Shown here: positions 16,122 through 27,500 of the stretch, in pieces
Layout: every line of letters begins with the position of its first letter
Numbering within the stretch: position 1 is the stretch's first letter
Virus record (IMG/VR): IMGVR_UViG_3300037725_000018
Coordinates: 159,358-223,357 of that record
Reading direction: 5' to 3' (one strand)
DNA length: 64,000 bases
Made by a program: the position numbers and the translations under genes
Notes under the pieces: generated by a model
Seen by the model: only the letters and a program-made list of their open reading frames with translations
Database searches by the model: none
Told to the model about the DNA's origin: nothing

Positions 16122-16679
16122 TTCCTTGACAAATTCAACCCGAACGCTGTCAACGCCTGTTGGAACGCCAGCTTGAGACTTGTCAACTGCAGGAACCTCT
16201 TCGGTTCCCAAAGCTGCCGGGACGTAAGCTTGAAGAATAAAGGCGATTTGCTCGTGTGGACGCCTCATGTACCGGGAATTAAAATTAATATTGTCAACGG
16301 GAACGCCAAACATCTTGAACATAATCGGGGTTCTGTTTGCGATTTCAACAGAATCGGCTAAAAGTTTTGTGTCCATTTCCCCCGTGTTGTGGTGAAGAAG
16401 GTGAATGATCTCGTGGTTTAAAGTTTGGCTGTCCCGCCACTTTGCAAGAACGATTTCCCCCTCTTTGCGATACATACCCGCAATTGTGTTCTTTTCGTTG
16501 ATTTTGTCCAAAACTTCAACGGGAATGTCTTGCCCGATTTGGTTTTCCAAGGCCGAAAGAACCTCTTTTTCACCACGAGTGAGCCCGTGCCCGTTTTTTT
16601 TCTTATCTACGAACGTGAAGAGAAAGAAAAGGGTCAAAAACGAAATCAAAAAAGTGCGTGAAATTTTCATTGGCTTCAT
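16092..16679 (-). CDS. Membrane-anchored/secreted HExxH zinc metallopeptidase-like protein
   Basis: N-terminal hydrophobic segment (FLISFLTLFFLFTFV); TLNHEIIH motif; downstream HEQIA candidate third ligand. Confidence 0.7.
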   Translation of the reverse strand: MKPMKISRTFLISFLTLFFLFTFVDKKKNGHGLTRGEKEVLSALENQIGQDIPVEVLDKINEKNTIAGMYRKEGEIVLAKWRDSQTLNHEIIHLLHHNTGEMDTKLLADSVEIANRTPIMFKMFGVPVDNINFNSRYMRRPHEQIAFILQAYVPAALGTEEVPAVDKSQAGVPTGVDSVRVEFVKELIQEAASGN

Positions 16680-16724
16680 TTTTGCTGTTTGTGGAAAGAA
16701 ACTTTCTTTTGTCGTCTTTGTTAC

Positions 16725-16752
16725 GTGAATAGACAAACGACGAAAAGGTTTC
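16725..16752 (-). promoter_or_regulatory. Class B ECF-like promoter for the metallopeptidase
   Basis: GAAAC-N17-ATTCAC followed by AAAGAAAGTTTCTTT 5' hairpin. Confidence 0.55.
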
Positions 16753-16764
16753 TTTTTTGCTTAT

Positions 16765-16941
16765 ATGATTTTTATTATCACCGAAGACCGAAACGAGTTT
16801 TTCGAAGCTTGTGGCATGTACCAACACAGGCACGCGCCAAGTGCTCTTGCCCAAGTGCTTCCGGACCACGTTGAAATCGCTTCCCTGCCATACAGAAACA
16901 AGTTTGCAATCAAAAAACACCTTTCAAAAACCCCAAAGTAA
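16765..16941 (+). CDS. Family A small protein
   Basis: 58 aa, MIFIITEDRNE...FAIKKHLSK; read by hand. Confidence 0.7.
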   Translation: MIFIITEDRNEFFEACGMYQHRHAPSALAQVLPDHVEIASLPYRNKFAIKKHLSKTPK

Positions 16942-16943
16942 AC

Positions 16944-17228
16944 ATGTACGTAATAATTAGCGCCGAAGAAAAACGTAAGCTTTCAAAACAAAACTTCCTA
17001 TCCGGCCTAGAGTGGAGGCTGGACGTGCCTTCCTCAATTCGCGTAGTAAGAAATTTAAAGATAAACAGACAAAGAATCAAAGAAACCAAATCTGACATAG
17101 CAAGGCATTACCTCCGAAAAATGAAAACAGATAGAACTTGGATCACCGGAAGTTTAAAGGACAAAGAGGCGCTAGAGATCATTCAAGGCAAAAAGTTAAA
17201 AGACTGTCATGATCATTATTTTGTATAG
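16944..17228 (+). CDS. Family A small protein
   Basis: 94 aa, MYVIISAEE. Confidence 0.75.
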   Translation: MYVIISAEEKRKLSKQNFLSGLEWRLDVPSSIRVVRNLKINRQRIKETKSDIARHYLRKMKTDRTWITGSLKDKEALEIIQGKKLKDCHDHYFV

Positions 17229-17367
17229 AACAAATAAAGAGTGGGACGGAGTTCACGACGCTTTTAACACAGAAGCCTCTGACCCTTCCGAAGACTTGTT
17301 TATCATTCCGGATGAAAAAAGCCACTACTTTACCGCGAAACTAATTTTTGGCACAAAAAACGCTTGA
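17209..17367 (+). CDS. Family A small protein
   Basis: 52 aa, MIIILYRTNKE; read by hand. Confidence 0.65.
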   Translation: MIIILYRTNKEWDGVHDAFNTEASDPSEDLFIIPDEKSHYFTAKLIFGTKNA

Positions 17368-17386
17368 AGACAGCTTTGGCCGTTAG

Positions 17387-17869
17387 TTAATAGTCGTACA
17401 TCCCCTTTCGAAGCGGAACTTCTCCGAAGTGAAGAAACGCGCAATTTGGGCACACGATTTTTAAGTTTTCCCAACGGTGGTCTCTTTTGTCCCCGTTTTC
17501 GTGCATCAAAACAAGCGGGACTTTCTTATCTGTTACTCTCCGCTCGTCAAATCCACAGATTTCACATTCTTCTTTTTTATACCCGGAGCGAAGAAGCCTC
17601 TTTTTTAGTTTTACAGAATCGTATCCGGGCTTTTTCCCGTCAATAATGTCGTCAAGCGCGTCTTTTCCTTCATGAAGATTATGTGGGTTTGGAATCCCTT
17701 TCCCCGCTTGGTTTTTCTGCTCCTCGAAAAGCCCGTACATCTTGGCGTACTTTTTGTAGGTGTTATACGAACAGCCTAAGTATTCAGCCGCCTGCCTGCA
17801 AGACTTTGTTAGGTCATTTGCATTTTCAATCTCCGCTTTCGAGAAGTTGTATGAACTTGTATCGGGCAT
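17387..17869 (-). CDS. HNH endonuclease-like protein with N-terminal HTH (possibly degenerate)
   Basis: CEICG...LVLMHENGDKRDHRWENLKIVCPNCA; usual final His after CPNC is Ala. Confidence 0.75.
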   Translation of the reverse strand: MPDTSSYNFSKAEIENANDLTKSCRQAAEYLGCSYNTYKKYAKMYGLFEEQKNQAGKGIPNPHNLHEGKDALDDIIDGKKPGYDSVKLKKRLLRSGYKKEECEICGFDERRVTDKKVPLVLMHENGDKRDHRWENLKIVCPNCAFLHFGEVPLRKGMYDY

Positions 17870-17909
17870 AACAGTTTAAAAAAGGATTACTACTGTTAAT
17901 TGATAATGA

Positions 17910-18200
17910 TTAATAAAAAGCGTCTAAGCCGCCTAGAACGTTTAGGTCAACAACGTTTTCGATTGCCCCTGTAATGTTGTCCCAATTGAGCATAGCACCC
18001 GGATACGCCAAAATATAGACGTTTTCAGGCACTCGAATCGATTGGTTTGTGTAGTCTTCGGGGCGAATTTTAATCAAAACCCGCTCGTCTGCCGTGGAGT
18101 TTTGGGCCGCGTCAAATACTGCTTTTGAAAGCTCTGATGGGCTGTAATATTCGCGGTGCGCGTCGTTGTTTTTTGAAACTGTAATTAAACTTGTGTTCAT
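17910..18200 (-). CDS. Small tail-associated protein, homologous to N-terminus of 38333..39043
   Basis: RPEDY..I.VP..V.....PGA......G..ENVVDLN shared. Confidence 0.7.
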   Translation of the reverse strand: MNTSLITVSKNNDAHREYYSPSELSKAVFDAAQNSTADERVLIKIRPEDYTNQSIRVPENVYILAYPGAMLNWDNITGAIENVVDLNVLGGLDAFY

Positions 18201-18223
18201 TTTCTTGTAAGGCGTTTTCTTCG

Positions 18224-18604
18224 TTACAAGTCTTCAAATTGATTTTCTGCGTCTGCGAAGAACGAAAGGTTGCCTCGGGCGTCTGTCCACCACACCGGGT
18301 TGGGCTCCACGCTGTCCGGAGCGCCTTTCTCCGTGCCTTTTACGTAATTGTATGCGACCACGTAAATGTTTTCGCCACCTACAATAGCACGCTGATAAAT
18401 GATTTCGAGATCGGGCTCGGAAACCGTGTAGCTTTTGCGAGCAGCGATTCCTCGCCTTGGGTATTGAAGCCTTCGTGCTTGGTTTTCGTACCCGGCGAGT
18501 TGGATTTGCCCGGTCTTGTTGATCTTGTCAATGGTTACTGAACTGATAATCCAATATGATGCCGTGACGCCTCTCGGCGTTTCCATGTCTTTAATTAGTG
18601 CCAT
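18224..18604 (-). CDS. Putative tail fibre assembly/accessory protein
   Basis: 126 aa directly downstream of the largest fibre gene; MALIKDMETPRGVTASYWII-type start. Confidence 0.55.
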   Translation of the reverse strand: MALIKDMETPRGVTASYWIISSVTIDKINKTGQIQLAGYENQARRLQYPRRGIAARKSYTVSEPDLEIIYQRAIVGGENIYVVAYNYVKGTEKGAPDSVEPNPVWWTDARGNLSFFADAENQFEDL

Positions 18605-18625
18605 AAGAATGTTGAGTGGTTTAGG

Positions 18626-21600
18626 TTAATAGATTTCCCAATCGTCGTTCGTTGAGTTGTAAACAAGCGTAACGGAGTTGTTGTCTGTCGGAATAGTTGC
18701 GTTTGTGGAATCGTCAATGGTCGAAGATCCGGCAGTTTCAATCGTTACTGTTCCAGAGCCGTTGTTTTTAACGTTGATTTCTTTTCCGTCAATGTTTTCA
18801 GAAGATTGAATTGTTAAGGTAACGTTCCCGCTGGACGTGTCCACAGAGTAGTATCCGCTTCCGTCTGTGTTTTGTGTTGAAGAAACGTCTAAGCGGTCGT
18901 TGATGAGCGTTCCACCTATAAATTGAAGGTCGGTGTTTGTTACGACCCGATCTCCACCAAGACCAACGTAGTTTGAAGTTGAAATGGTGATGTTTCCGAT
19001 TGCAACTGCATTGTCTGCGCCAACTGTGGACCCGGAACCGACCGCAAAACTACCATTTACAGTAATAGCGCCGTTATCTAAACTTCCATTAGCTAAAAGA
19101 ACGGTATTTTCAACATCTTGTGAAAGACCGTTTCCTGACCAATAAGCTGTGATTGCGCCCTGCCCAACTCTAAATATGTTTCCCGGAAGAATAGGACCGG
19201 AAAAGTCAAAATCACTTAAATCAGAAACCCCAAGAAGGAATAGATTTTGAAGAATATTTCCGGAAGGAAATGCGTTTGTGTTGTTTCCGGATTTCCAAAG
19301 AAAGAGATCATTTGCGCTATCGGTGTTTAAGTTAAGATCGCTTCCTAAAAGAACTGACGTTGTGAGAATTTGATCTCCGGAAAATACGCTGTCTCCAATC
19401 AAAATTCCGTTTGCGTTTGAACTGGACGTTCTTCCAGATACGTCGTTTGTAGTTCCGAAGAATATCGATCCGGCTGGAGAAAATGAAAGCGCGTCTTGTG
19501 AAGCGGAAGGATTAACAGTTGCCACATAATTGGAGGTATAAACTGTAGCTTCGGTTTCGTCACTTCCACGCCGAACTACAAATGAATCTCTGCGGGAGAA
19601 TGATGTGCCCGATCCCACAACAAAGTCTTCTTCTTGATTATTCCATTCACCAACAGCCACTCCAGCTTCTTCAGTCATTTGAAGACCACGTCCAATTGTA
19701 ATTGCTGAATTATTTTCTGCGGTATTTGCTGCATTTTCTTCACCACCAAGAACAATAGAAGAAGGAAACTTTGAAGAACCTACTTCTCTAAATCCAATTG
19801 TAAATGCAAAGTTTTCATCATATGATGCTCCAAATCCCTCCGCACCAAAGTCTGTGGATTCAAGGGTTCGAAGTTCTCCCGTGGAAGTGTCTCGTATGAC
19901 AAACTCACCACCAACATCTTCAGCATTTCTAACATGATGGGTAACTACCCCGGTATCGGAAACGCTAAACGCTTTGTCAATTGAGTCTCCAACAGAAGTG
20001 TTGTATAGGTTAATGCTAAACACGTCAGATATGCTTCCACTCGACTGTTTAACAACAACACCCTCTGTATCTCCAAGAACAACACGGTTCTCGGTATCCG
20101 CAACTGCGGTTCCACCAATTGCAATAGAGTTGGTTCGGGCTTCACCTTTAATGGCAATAGCGTCAGAACCGCGAACATCACCTTTAATCGAAACGGAACG
20201 CCGCGCTTCATTCAAGTATGTCCCTGTGTCCGGATCTCTTTCGATACTTCCGTCTGCAAAAACTGCCGAATTTTCTGCCAAGTTGTCAAAATCCGATGAA
20301 GAAAAGAACGCTCTAAACGCTCCACCAACTTTGAAAAGGTTTTCAATTGAAGATGAATAAAGAGAGGTTTCTCCAACCACCGATAAGTCGTCAACTCCAA
20401 ATAAGATTGCTGACTCGATTCTTGTAGAAGGTGTAGATGAATTTCCGTTGCCACTTTCCCAAAGAAGCGATTGCACTATGTTGTCATTCGGTACAATATC
20501 GCTAGAAACAAGAATTGAGTCAAGTATATCAGACCCACTACCTATTGTAGTTTTTAGGATAATGGAATCACCTACCGAATTCGTACCCATTCCGGTAAAG
20601 TCGGAAAAATCTCCTACAACAACAGACCCTTGAACATCTACGTCTTGTTCAACGGGGTCGGAGGCAGAACTTGGAGAAAATCCTGAACTCAAAAAGGCAT
20701 TTGCATAAACTACGCTTCCATCCGAACCTTCTCGCACGTAAAAAAGATCGGATCTGTCACCATCCGATACCCCATTACCTACAGTAAATTCATAATCATT
20801 TGCGTTGTACTGCCCAAGAACAACTCTATTTGCATTTGATATATCAATTCCTCTACCAATTGCATATGAAGAACCAGTAAATGCAGGTGGATTTACGTTA
20901 ATATCTGCGCCAATTCCTATACTTAATGCCTCCGATACGCTAACTCCAAAATTATTTGAAGAATCCCCACCACCTATGGCTATTGTGCTTTGGTCATTTG
21001 CGGACACGTTCCTACCGATTGCAATGCTATCTTGTCCGCTAGCCCCTGTTTTATCTGTAGAAGTTCCACCAAAAACAATGGAATTATTACCCGTTGTTCC
21101 GGTTCTATAGCCAAATGTGAATGAATTATTGTTTCCACCGTACTTTGCTTCAAGATTATCCGAATCAGAAAGTGTAATCAACTCTCCGGTGGAAGAGTCT
21201 TGAAGGATGAAATTTGACTCAGTATCGGCTTCGGTGATACCAAGTCCAACGGAACCACCAACATCACCTTGAACGATTGTTCCGGTTTCATCTATCTCGA
21301 AAACTGTCTCGTACTGGCCCAAGCTGGCGTTATAAGCGTCAACAGAAAGGCCGTGACGAACATGGGTTCCATCCCGATACGTTACGTACAGCCCATCCAC
21401 TTCCCCGCGACCATCATAATATATGTTATCTCCGGGGCTTGCGGCAGGCGCTCCGTCCCCAACCCCAACTGCAAATATCCGGCTAGAATCTGTTAGGTTG
21501 GCGATTTGATTAATTTTGCTTGCCAGATAGTCTTCGTTGTATGTCCCCACCGTAAAGTTTGCCACGTTTTTGGAAACGGTGGCTCGCCCAATTGCCGCTG

Positions 21601-24496
21601 AATCGTTTGCGGTTGCCGTGGCGTTTCGCCCCACGGTAACAGAGAAGTTTCCGGAAGACTCTAGCCCCCGGCCAATGGCAATCGCGGCAAAGCCGCTTGC
21701 CTCCGAATCCCCAATCACGATGCTGTCGGAGCTTTCGTTTCCAGACCTTTTTCCGAACGTGAACGCCCCGTTCCCACCGTACCTAGCCGATAGGTTCGAG
21801 CCGGATAGGGTAATGAGTTCTCCGGTGGAAGCATCTTGAAGGACAAATTCGCTTGCGGCGTTTTGCCCGGTAACGTCAACGCTAACCGTAGTGGCTCCTG
21901 TGGACGGATTGAACGCGGAGGTAAGACCAATTCCAGTTTGAATGTTTGACGTGCCGCCACCGCCTCCAAGCAACGAACCGTCTACGTACTCAAGCTCTTT
22001 TGTGCTTGGGTTTCGAACAAGAACCTGTGAAGTGTTCGACCCGGAAGTGATCTCCCTTCCGATAGACAGAACGGACTCATACGTTCCGAGACTTTCGTTA
22101 TAAGCGTCAACAGAAAGGCCGTGGCGAACATGTGTCCCGTCACGATATGTGACATACAGCGAATCCACGCGGCCTCGACCGTCGAAGTAATCGTTGGCAC
22201 CAGAATTTGCTGAAGGGTTGTCTCCAGCACCAACTTGAAGCACGCGGTCGGAGGCGGCGATTCCTGAAATAGATCCGGGCTCCGTTCCCACGTCCTCGTT
22301 GTAGTTACCTATAGCTGCGCCTCCGTGGAATCCGGCTCGCGTGAACGATCCCGTGGCCAGAGCGCCAAGTCCGCTAGCCACGGTTTCGGAACCTGCGGCT
22401 AGGCTGGCGAATCCAGAGGCAACGGTGAATCCACCGAATGCGGCTGCGACGTTGTTGGTGGCTTCGGTGAACCGACCGAAAGCAACGGCATTGGGCGCTG
22501 TAGCTTTCACATTAGTTCCTTGCGTGAACGCGGACTCGCCCGTGCTGTCGTTGAATATGCCGAAGGCAACCGAACCGACGCCACTGGCCTCGTTGAAACT
22601 GCCCACCGTGAAACTGTTGCTTCCAACACTGCCCGAGCGCCCACCGAACGTGACTGCGCCGTTGCCTTCATACGTTATTTCGGAGTTTTCGACAAGCTCG
22701 CCTGAAGACTTGATGAACCCAAAGCCTGCAGCCACGTCTTCGCTACCGGGGTTCAGGTTCACCGTAAACTCGTCCGTGCTGGCGTTATAAAACGTGCTGA
22801 TGCTTGTGCCACCTGTAACGTTCACAGCTCCCGACATCAAACTGCTCCCGGCAACGTATTCAAGCTCGTTGGTGGAGGGATTGCGAACAAGAACCTGTGA
22901 AGTGTTCGTTCCAACAGAAAGGTCATTGAGCTTTAGAGTGGTTAAGATGTTCACGGAACCCCCCGATATTACTTCTAAGGCGTTCGAACGGTCAGAGTCT
23001 CCGGTTCCGTTTCCGATTATGAAAAGACGATCTTCATCGCTTGAAGTATCGCTTGGAATAGTATTGTACTCTCCAATTACAGTTGTGTGTATTTCATCTT
23101 TATAATTTAAAGAAAGTCCACGACCACTTCCAAATGTCAAGCCAAAATTATTGTTTGTATATCCACTGGTATTAAGTTCATTTTCTTTCCCAAATACAGT
23201 CAAGTTTGAAACAACTGGTCCATCATAAGTTGTAATTTCATTTAGTGATCCTGAGACAAAACCTCTCGTTAATTGTTTTGTGGAAAAACTAAAAGAAGGA
23301 ACAAATTGGAGGTCTTTTCTATCAAAAGAAGAAATATCGGTATCATTTAAAGGATTCGATGATGGAAAGGTGAGAACGTATTCGTCTGTACTCGAATTAT
23401 ACTCAACGGTGTCAGGTGTAGTCCAGTTTCCGGAACCCAACTTTCCAATTGAGTTATACTTCCATCGACCATCCAAAATGGGATTGTTTTCTAGGTTCGC
23501 ACCTATAAGACGAAGTTCATTTGTTGTAGAATTATATGAAAATCCAGCGTCTCCTCGAAATACTATGTTTATCGAATTTTCAGCTCCCTGAACAAAAACC
23601 GTATTAGCAAACGCTATAGAACTTTCTCTACTAAAATTAGCTAAATTAATAACTTCTTCTGCAGAAACGCTGTCTCCCGCAGCAAAAAAACTTTGGATAT
23701 TATTCCAATGCTGACTTTCGACACCGATTGAAGCTGATTGTACAAATTCATTTAGAACACCGGGCATTTCGCCAATGATTAAAGAACCTTCCACCGAAAA
23801 AGATTCTACCTCTTCATCTACCCTGTCAGACACAATAACAGAGTGGTTCGCCCCGTCAAATGATCCGTTCTCTTCGCTATCCCCCTGCAAAAGTATAACA
23901 GAATTGCGACTTTGTGAATTTAGCTTGGTATTATTTAATGAAATAAAAGATCGTTCTAAGTTACCATCAACTTCTCCGGAATTAGACGTAAAGAAACTTC
24001 CTTCTATATTACCACCCGAGCTTGGAATAGTGCCTGTTGCTGATACGAAACTAGTTGTTGTGCCAAGATTACCAAATGAAGCAGTGTCTCCGGACAAATA
24101 TGATGCTTGATGTCCTCCGCTACCAACGTCAAAAGCAAATCCTATAAATGAAGAGTATAAAGACACAAACGTTTGTGAGGAGAAGTCTACATCACTCCCC
24201 ACAACTAAATTTTGTATTCCCGATTCAACATTAGTTATCGTATCTCCAAGGGCTAACCCGGAACCGGAACCTTCAATTTTTAACAGGTCGTTACTTTTAT
24301 CATAAACAAAGGTAGAGTCAGATCCAAAACTTCCAGCGTCATTGAAGATGATCTCCCCGTCAGAGCCGGGTGCGATAACGTCGCTGCTATCTACACCAAC
24401 ACTAATATCCGGAAGTCCTGTGGATTGGTTGATAAAAGCGGTAATATTGGAAGATCGGTCCAAGTCTTCGACCGTTACGTGCGTCTTTTTTGCCAT
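18626..24496 (-). CDS. Giant modular tail fibre/adhesin with YadA-head-like repeats
   Basis: 1956 aa, G/S/D/N-rich and acidic; repeated A.G...A.G beta-roll turns; internal repeated modules. Confidence 0.8.
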   Translation of the reverse strand: MAKKTHVTVEDLDRSSNITAFINQSTGLPDISVGVDSSDVIAPGSDGEIIFNDAGSFGSDSTFVYDKSNDLLKIEGSGSGLALGDTITNVESGIQNLVVGSDVDFSSQTFVSLYSSFIGFAFDVGSGGHQASYLSGDTASFGNLGTTTSFVSATGTIPSSGGNIEGSFFTSNSGEVDGNLERSFISLNNTKLNSQSRNSVILLQGDSEENGSFDGANHSVIVSDRVDEEVESFSVEGSLIIGEMPGVLNEFVQSASIGVESQHWNNIQSFFAAGDSVSAEEVINLANFSRESSIAFANTVFVQGAENSINIVFRGDAGFSYNSTTNELRLIGANLENNPILDGRWKYNSIGKLGSGNWTTPDTVEYNSSTDEYVLTFPSSNPLNDTDISSFDRKDLQFVPSFSFSTKQLTRGFVSGSLNEITTYDGPVVSNLTVFGKENELNTSGYTNNNFGLTFGSGRGLSLNYKDEIHTTVIGEYNTIPSDTSSDEDRLFIIGNGTGDSDRSNALEVISGGSVNILTTLKLNDLSVGTNTSQVLVRNPSTNELEYVAGSSLMSGAVNVTGGTSISTFYNASTDEFTVNLNPGSEDVAAGFGFIKSSGELVENSEITYEGNGAVTFGGRSGSVGSNSFTVGSFNEASGVGSVAFGIFNDSTGESAFTQGTNVKATAPNAVAFGRFTEATNNVAAAFGGFTVASGFASLAAGSETVASGLGALATGSFTRAGFHGGAAIGNYNEDVGTEPGSISGIAASDRVLQVGAGDNPSANSGANDYFDGRGRVDSLYVTYRDGTHVRHGLSVDAYNESLGTYESVLSIGREITSGSNTSQVLVRNPSTKELEYVDGSLLGGGGGTSNIQTGIGLTSAFNPSTGATTVSVDVTGQNAASEFVLQDASTGELITLSGSNLSARYGGNGAFTFGKRSGNESSDSIVIGDSEASGFAAIAIGRGLESSGNFSVTVGRNATATANDSAAIGRATVSKNVANFTVGTYNEDYLASKINQIANLTDSSRIFAVGVGDGAPAASPGDNIYYDGRGEVDGLYVTYRDGTHVRHGLSVDAYNASLGQYETVFEIDETGTIVQGDVGGSVGLGITEADTESNFILQDSSTGELITLSDSDNLEAKYGGNNNSFTFGYRTGTTGNNSIVFGGTSTDKTGASGQDSIAIGRNVSANDQSTIAIGGGDSSNNFGVSVSEALSIGIGADINVNPPAFTGSSYAIGRGIDISNANRVVLGQYNANDYEFTVGNGVSDGDRSDLFYVREGSDGSVVYANAFLSSGFSPSSASDPVEQDVDVQGSVVVGDFSDFTGMGTNSVGDSIILKTTIGSGSDILDSILVSSDIVPNDNIVQSLLWESGNGNSSTPSTRIESAILFGVDDLSVVGETSLYSSSIENLFKVGGAFRAFFSSSDFDNLAENSAVFADGSIERDPDTGTYLNEARRSVSIKGDVRGSDAIAIKGEARTNSIAIGGTAVADTENRVVLGDTEGVVVKQSSGSISDVFSINLYNTSVGDSIDKAFSVSDTGVVTHHVRNAEDVGGEFVIRDTSTGELRTLESTDFGAEGFGASYDENFAFTIGFREVGSSKFPSSIVLGGEENAANTAENNSAITIGRGLQMTEEAGVAVGEWNNQEEDFVVGSGTSFSRRDSFVVRRGSDETEATVYTSNYVATVNPSASQDALSFSPAGSIFFGTTNDVSGRTSSSNANGILIGDSVFSGDQILTTSVLLGSDLNLNTDSANDLFLWKSGNNTNAFPSGNILQNLFLLGVSDLSDFDFSGPILPGNIFRVGQGAITAYWSGNGLSQDVENTVLLANGSLDNGAITVNGSFAVGSGSTVGADNAVAIGNITISTSNYVGLGGDRVVTNTDLQFIGGTLINDRLDVSSTQNTDGSGYYSVDTSSGNVTLTIQSSENIDGKEINVKNNGSGTVTIETAGSSTIDDSTNATIPTDNNSVTLVYNSTNDDWEIY

Positions 24497-24580
24497 TTAA
24501 CTATTTAGCTAGTTTAAAATTCGCCTGTGTTTCAAAAAGATGTGAAAACCTTTTAAAGTCTTTGTTAATATATAGGTAGT

Positions 24581-27500
24581 TTAAATCTCTTCAGATGTTA
24601 CGTTTCCGTTGTTGTCTACTGCAATTCGGTATTGGGTAGTTCCATCCGGTGTCGTGACAACCACTCCGTTTCCGGGGGTTTGAATGTCGATTTCATCATC
24701 AACAATGGTTACGTTTCCACCATAAAAGTCTGTGCCTCCTGTGTCCCCGATTGCAACTGTGTTTGACGTGGAAACTGACGCAATTCCACCGATTGCTACA
24801 GAGTTGTTTGCACCATCTGAAACATTTCCACCGGAAATGGAAGTTGCATTTGAAGCATTGCCGATGAATCCACCATTTTTCCCGGCTATGATAACAGACC
24901 CATCCCGTTGAAGACCACCCGCATAGGCTAAAATTTGCTTTTCGTTATATGCAAAAACCGTTACATTTGAAGTTGAATTGTTTTGTTGTCTAAACTCATC
25001 TATATTTGAAGAATCTATATCTGTTTTTATAAGGAACGTACCAAAGTCTATAGTAGCGTCAACTCCGTCAACGCTACTTGTAAACATGGCATTATCGAAG
25101 AAAGTAAGATTACTAACGTTAGTTAAAGAACTATTATAAAAGAAACTGTCGGCAACTCCCGCATCCCCCACGTCAGAATTTAGCAAAAAACTTTGACTTG
25201 GAGACCCATCTCCAGTAGAGTTAATTATTATAGAATTTGTAGGTGAACCGAATCCCGTATCGTTTAGGGTTGAATCTGTAGATGAAGGGAGATGAACAGA
25301 TGTTGTAGTAAAAATGGGAGTACCAGTTTTTACCTCTATAAACGCTCCAGTAATTCGTGTGCTGTCATTTTCACCCACCCCGACTTCAAATGAAGCATCT
25401 GACACGCCTTCATTATATGTTCCTATCAAAGTTTTACCGCTGCCAAATCCCCCCGAATTTAAGTTTAAGTTATTCCCTAAAACAACCGTTTCAGTTGGAG
25501 AATTTGTAACATTGTTTTGAAAACCAATGATTAAAGTTTCATCTGAAGAGTTTGTGTTTCCTATTCCAAAGGCAAAAGAGTTGTTTGCTTCAATGTTTTG
25601 CCGGGTTCCAGAAAAAGAACCTGCACCTCCTATGGCAACGGATCTTTCACCTCTAATATAATTTCCATAGCCCAAAGCCGCAGAAAAACGTGCTTGGTCG
25701 AAGCTACCGCTATTAATCTCGTTATAATGACCCACTATAACATTTCCTTCACCATTAGCAAAGTTTTCGGTATCTGAAGCAAGGCTTGGGTCTGCACCAC
25801 CAAAAACGGAACTATACTGTCCTGTATCGGTGCCTCTTCTATATCCTACCGTAAATGATCCGTTTCCTTCATGTTTTGCCGTGAGATCCGCACCACTAGA
25901 AAGAGAAATCAACTCTCCGGTGGAAGAATCTTGAAGAATCATATCCGATTCTGTATCGGCTTCAACCGGGTCAACATCAAGCGTTGTATTTCCTGTAGAG
26001 GCGTTGAATGTAGATGTAAGCCCAAGTCCTGCAAGAATTGCTCCACCGTTTCCACCACCACCGTTAAGTGCATTTAAGTCAAACGTCTCAATCTCTCCGG
26101 TGTTTGGGTTTCGAACAAGGGCTTCAGATATGTTAGAGCCAGAATCCGGCTTTCCGATTTTGATTGTTCCATCATCTTCAACTGTGAAAACTTGATTTAC
26201 AGCGTCTCCAACAGAAGTGTTGTATAGATTCACAGAGAAAAGGTCTGCTGTAGAACCTTGAACCTGCTTGACAACAGTTCCGTTGTCGTTTCCAAGAACA
26301 ATTCTATCCGAAGTGTTCACTTCAACATTTGGCCCGATACCCACAGAACGTGGAGCCCTCATTGTTGCCCCGCGAATGGAAAGAGAGTTTTGAACGTCTT
26401 TGATCGGGCTATCAACAGATCCGGTTCCAACCAAAACAAGCGATCCTTCTCTTTCGTTGTTTGGACCAACGGCTTGATAAGCCAAAATGGTATCGTCGTT
26501 GAACGCAAATACACTAATCGGTCCTGCTCCAGTTTCCGTTACGGCAAACTTTCTGCTGTTATCGTTATTCCCCTGACCGTCTTGACCAATTCTAGTTGAG
26601 TGAATAAAGGCATTTTCGTAAATTTCCGAAACACTATTTTGTGGAGTTAATTCGGCATTGATAAACATAGAGCCATCTCCACCTTGAGTTACGCCTTCGG
26701 ATACAATACTGCTGTTTAAAACGAAAGAACCACCTAGTTCACCCTCTCCAATTATAGAGTCAACAATAATGCTGTTAGATACGAAAGCACTACCTTCATT
26801 TACTCCGGATTCTACAGAGCTGGAAATAACGATATTTCTCCCACCGCGAAGCCCCCTCCAAGATGCTGTCGGGTCAATGTTGAGATATAGGTTATCTAGG
26901 TGAGTAACAGTTTCCTCATCTGCATTTCCTAAACGTTTAACAGCCAGTGCATTTCTTCGGGCCGAATCAGTTCCGCTTCCAACAAGAAAAGCCAAGTCCG
27001 TGCTTGAAGCAATGTCTAAGTTTCCAGACCCAATAATTACAGTTGGAAGAAAGGACGTATCTCCACTTCCCCAAGAAATATCATTACCGATAGCAAAGGT
27101 ATTATCTGATGCATCTTGAAAAATCGTGTTATTTTCACCTATTGCATAAAACGATTCAGAACCAAATGAGCTTTCAAGAGTATTATTACGCCCAAAAGCG
27201 TATCCATTTTCTGGATAAATTGTATTTCCTATTCCTATTCCAACGGTTCCGGTATTTTCTAACGTGTTGTTCGAGCCAAAGGCAAAAGACAGGTTAGTTT
27301 CGGTATTGAACGTAGAGTTAAATCCTACTGAATTTCCCGGCCCAATTGCAACGTTGTTTGTTCCGGGAGCCGAAGACGGATTGGATTCGGTAGCGCCGAT
27401 AACAACGCTGCTTTCGCCAATTCCATTTGAAACGCTTCTGTATCCAAGTGTAAGCGCCCCATTCCCTTCGTATCGTGCCCCAAGTGCAGGTGAACCACCA

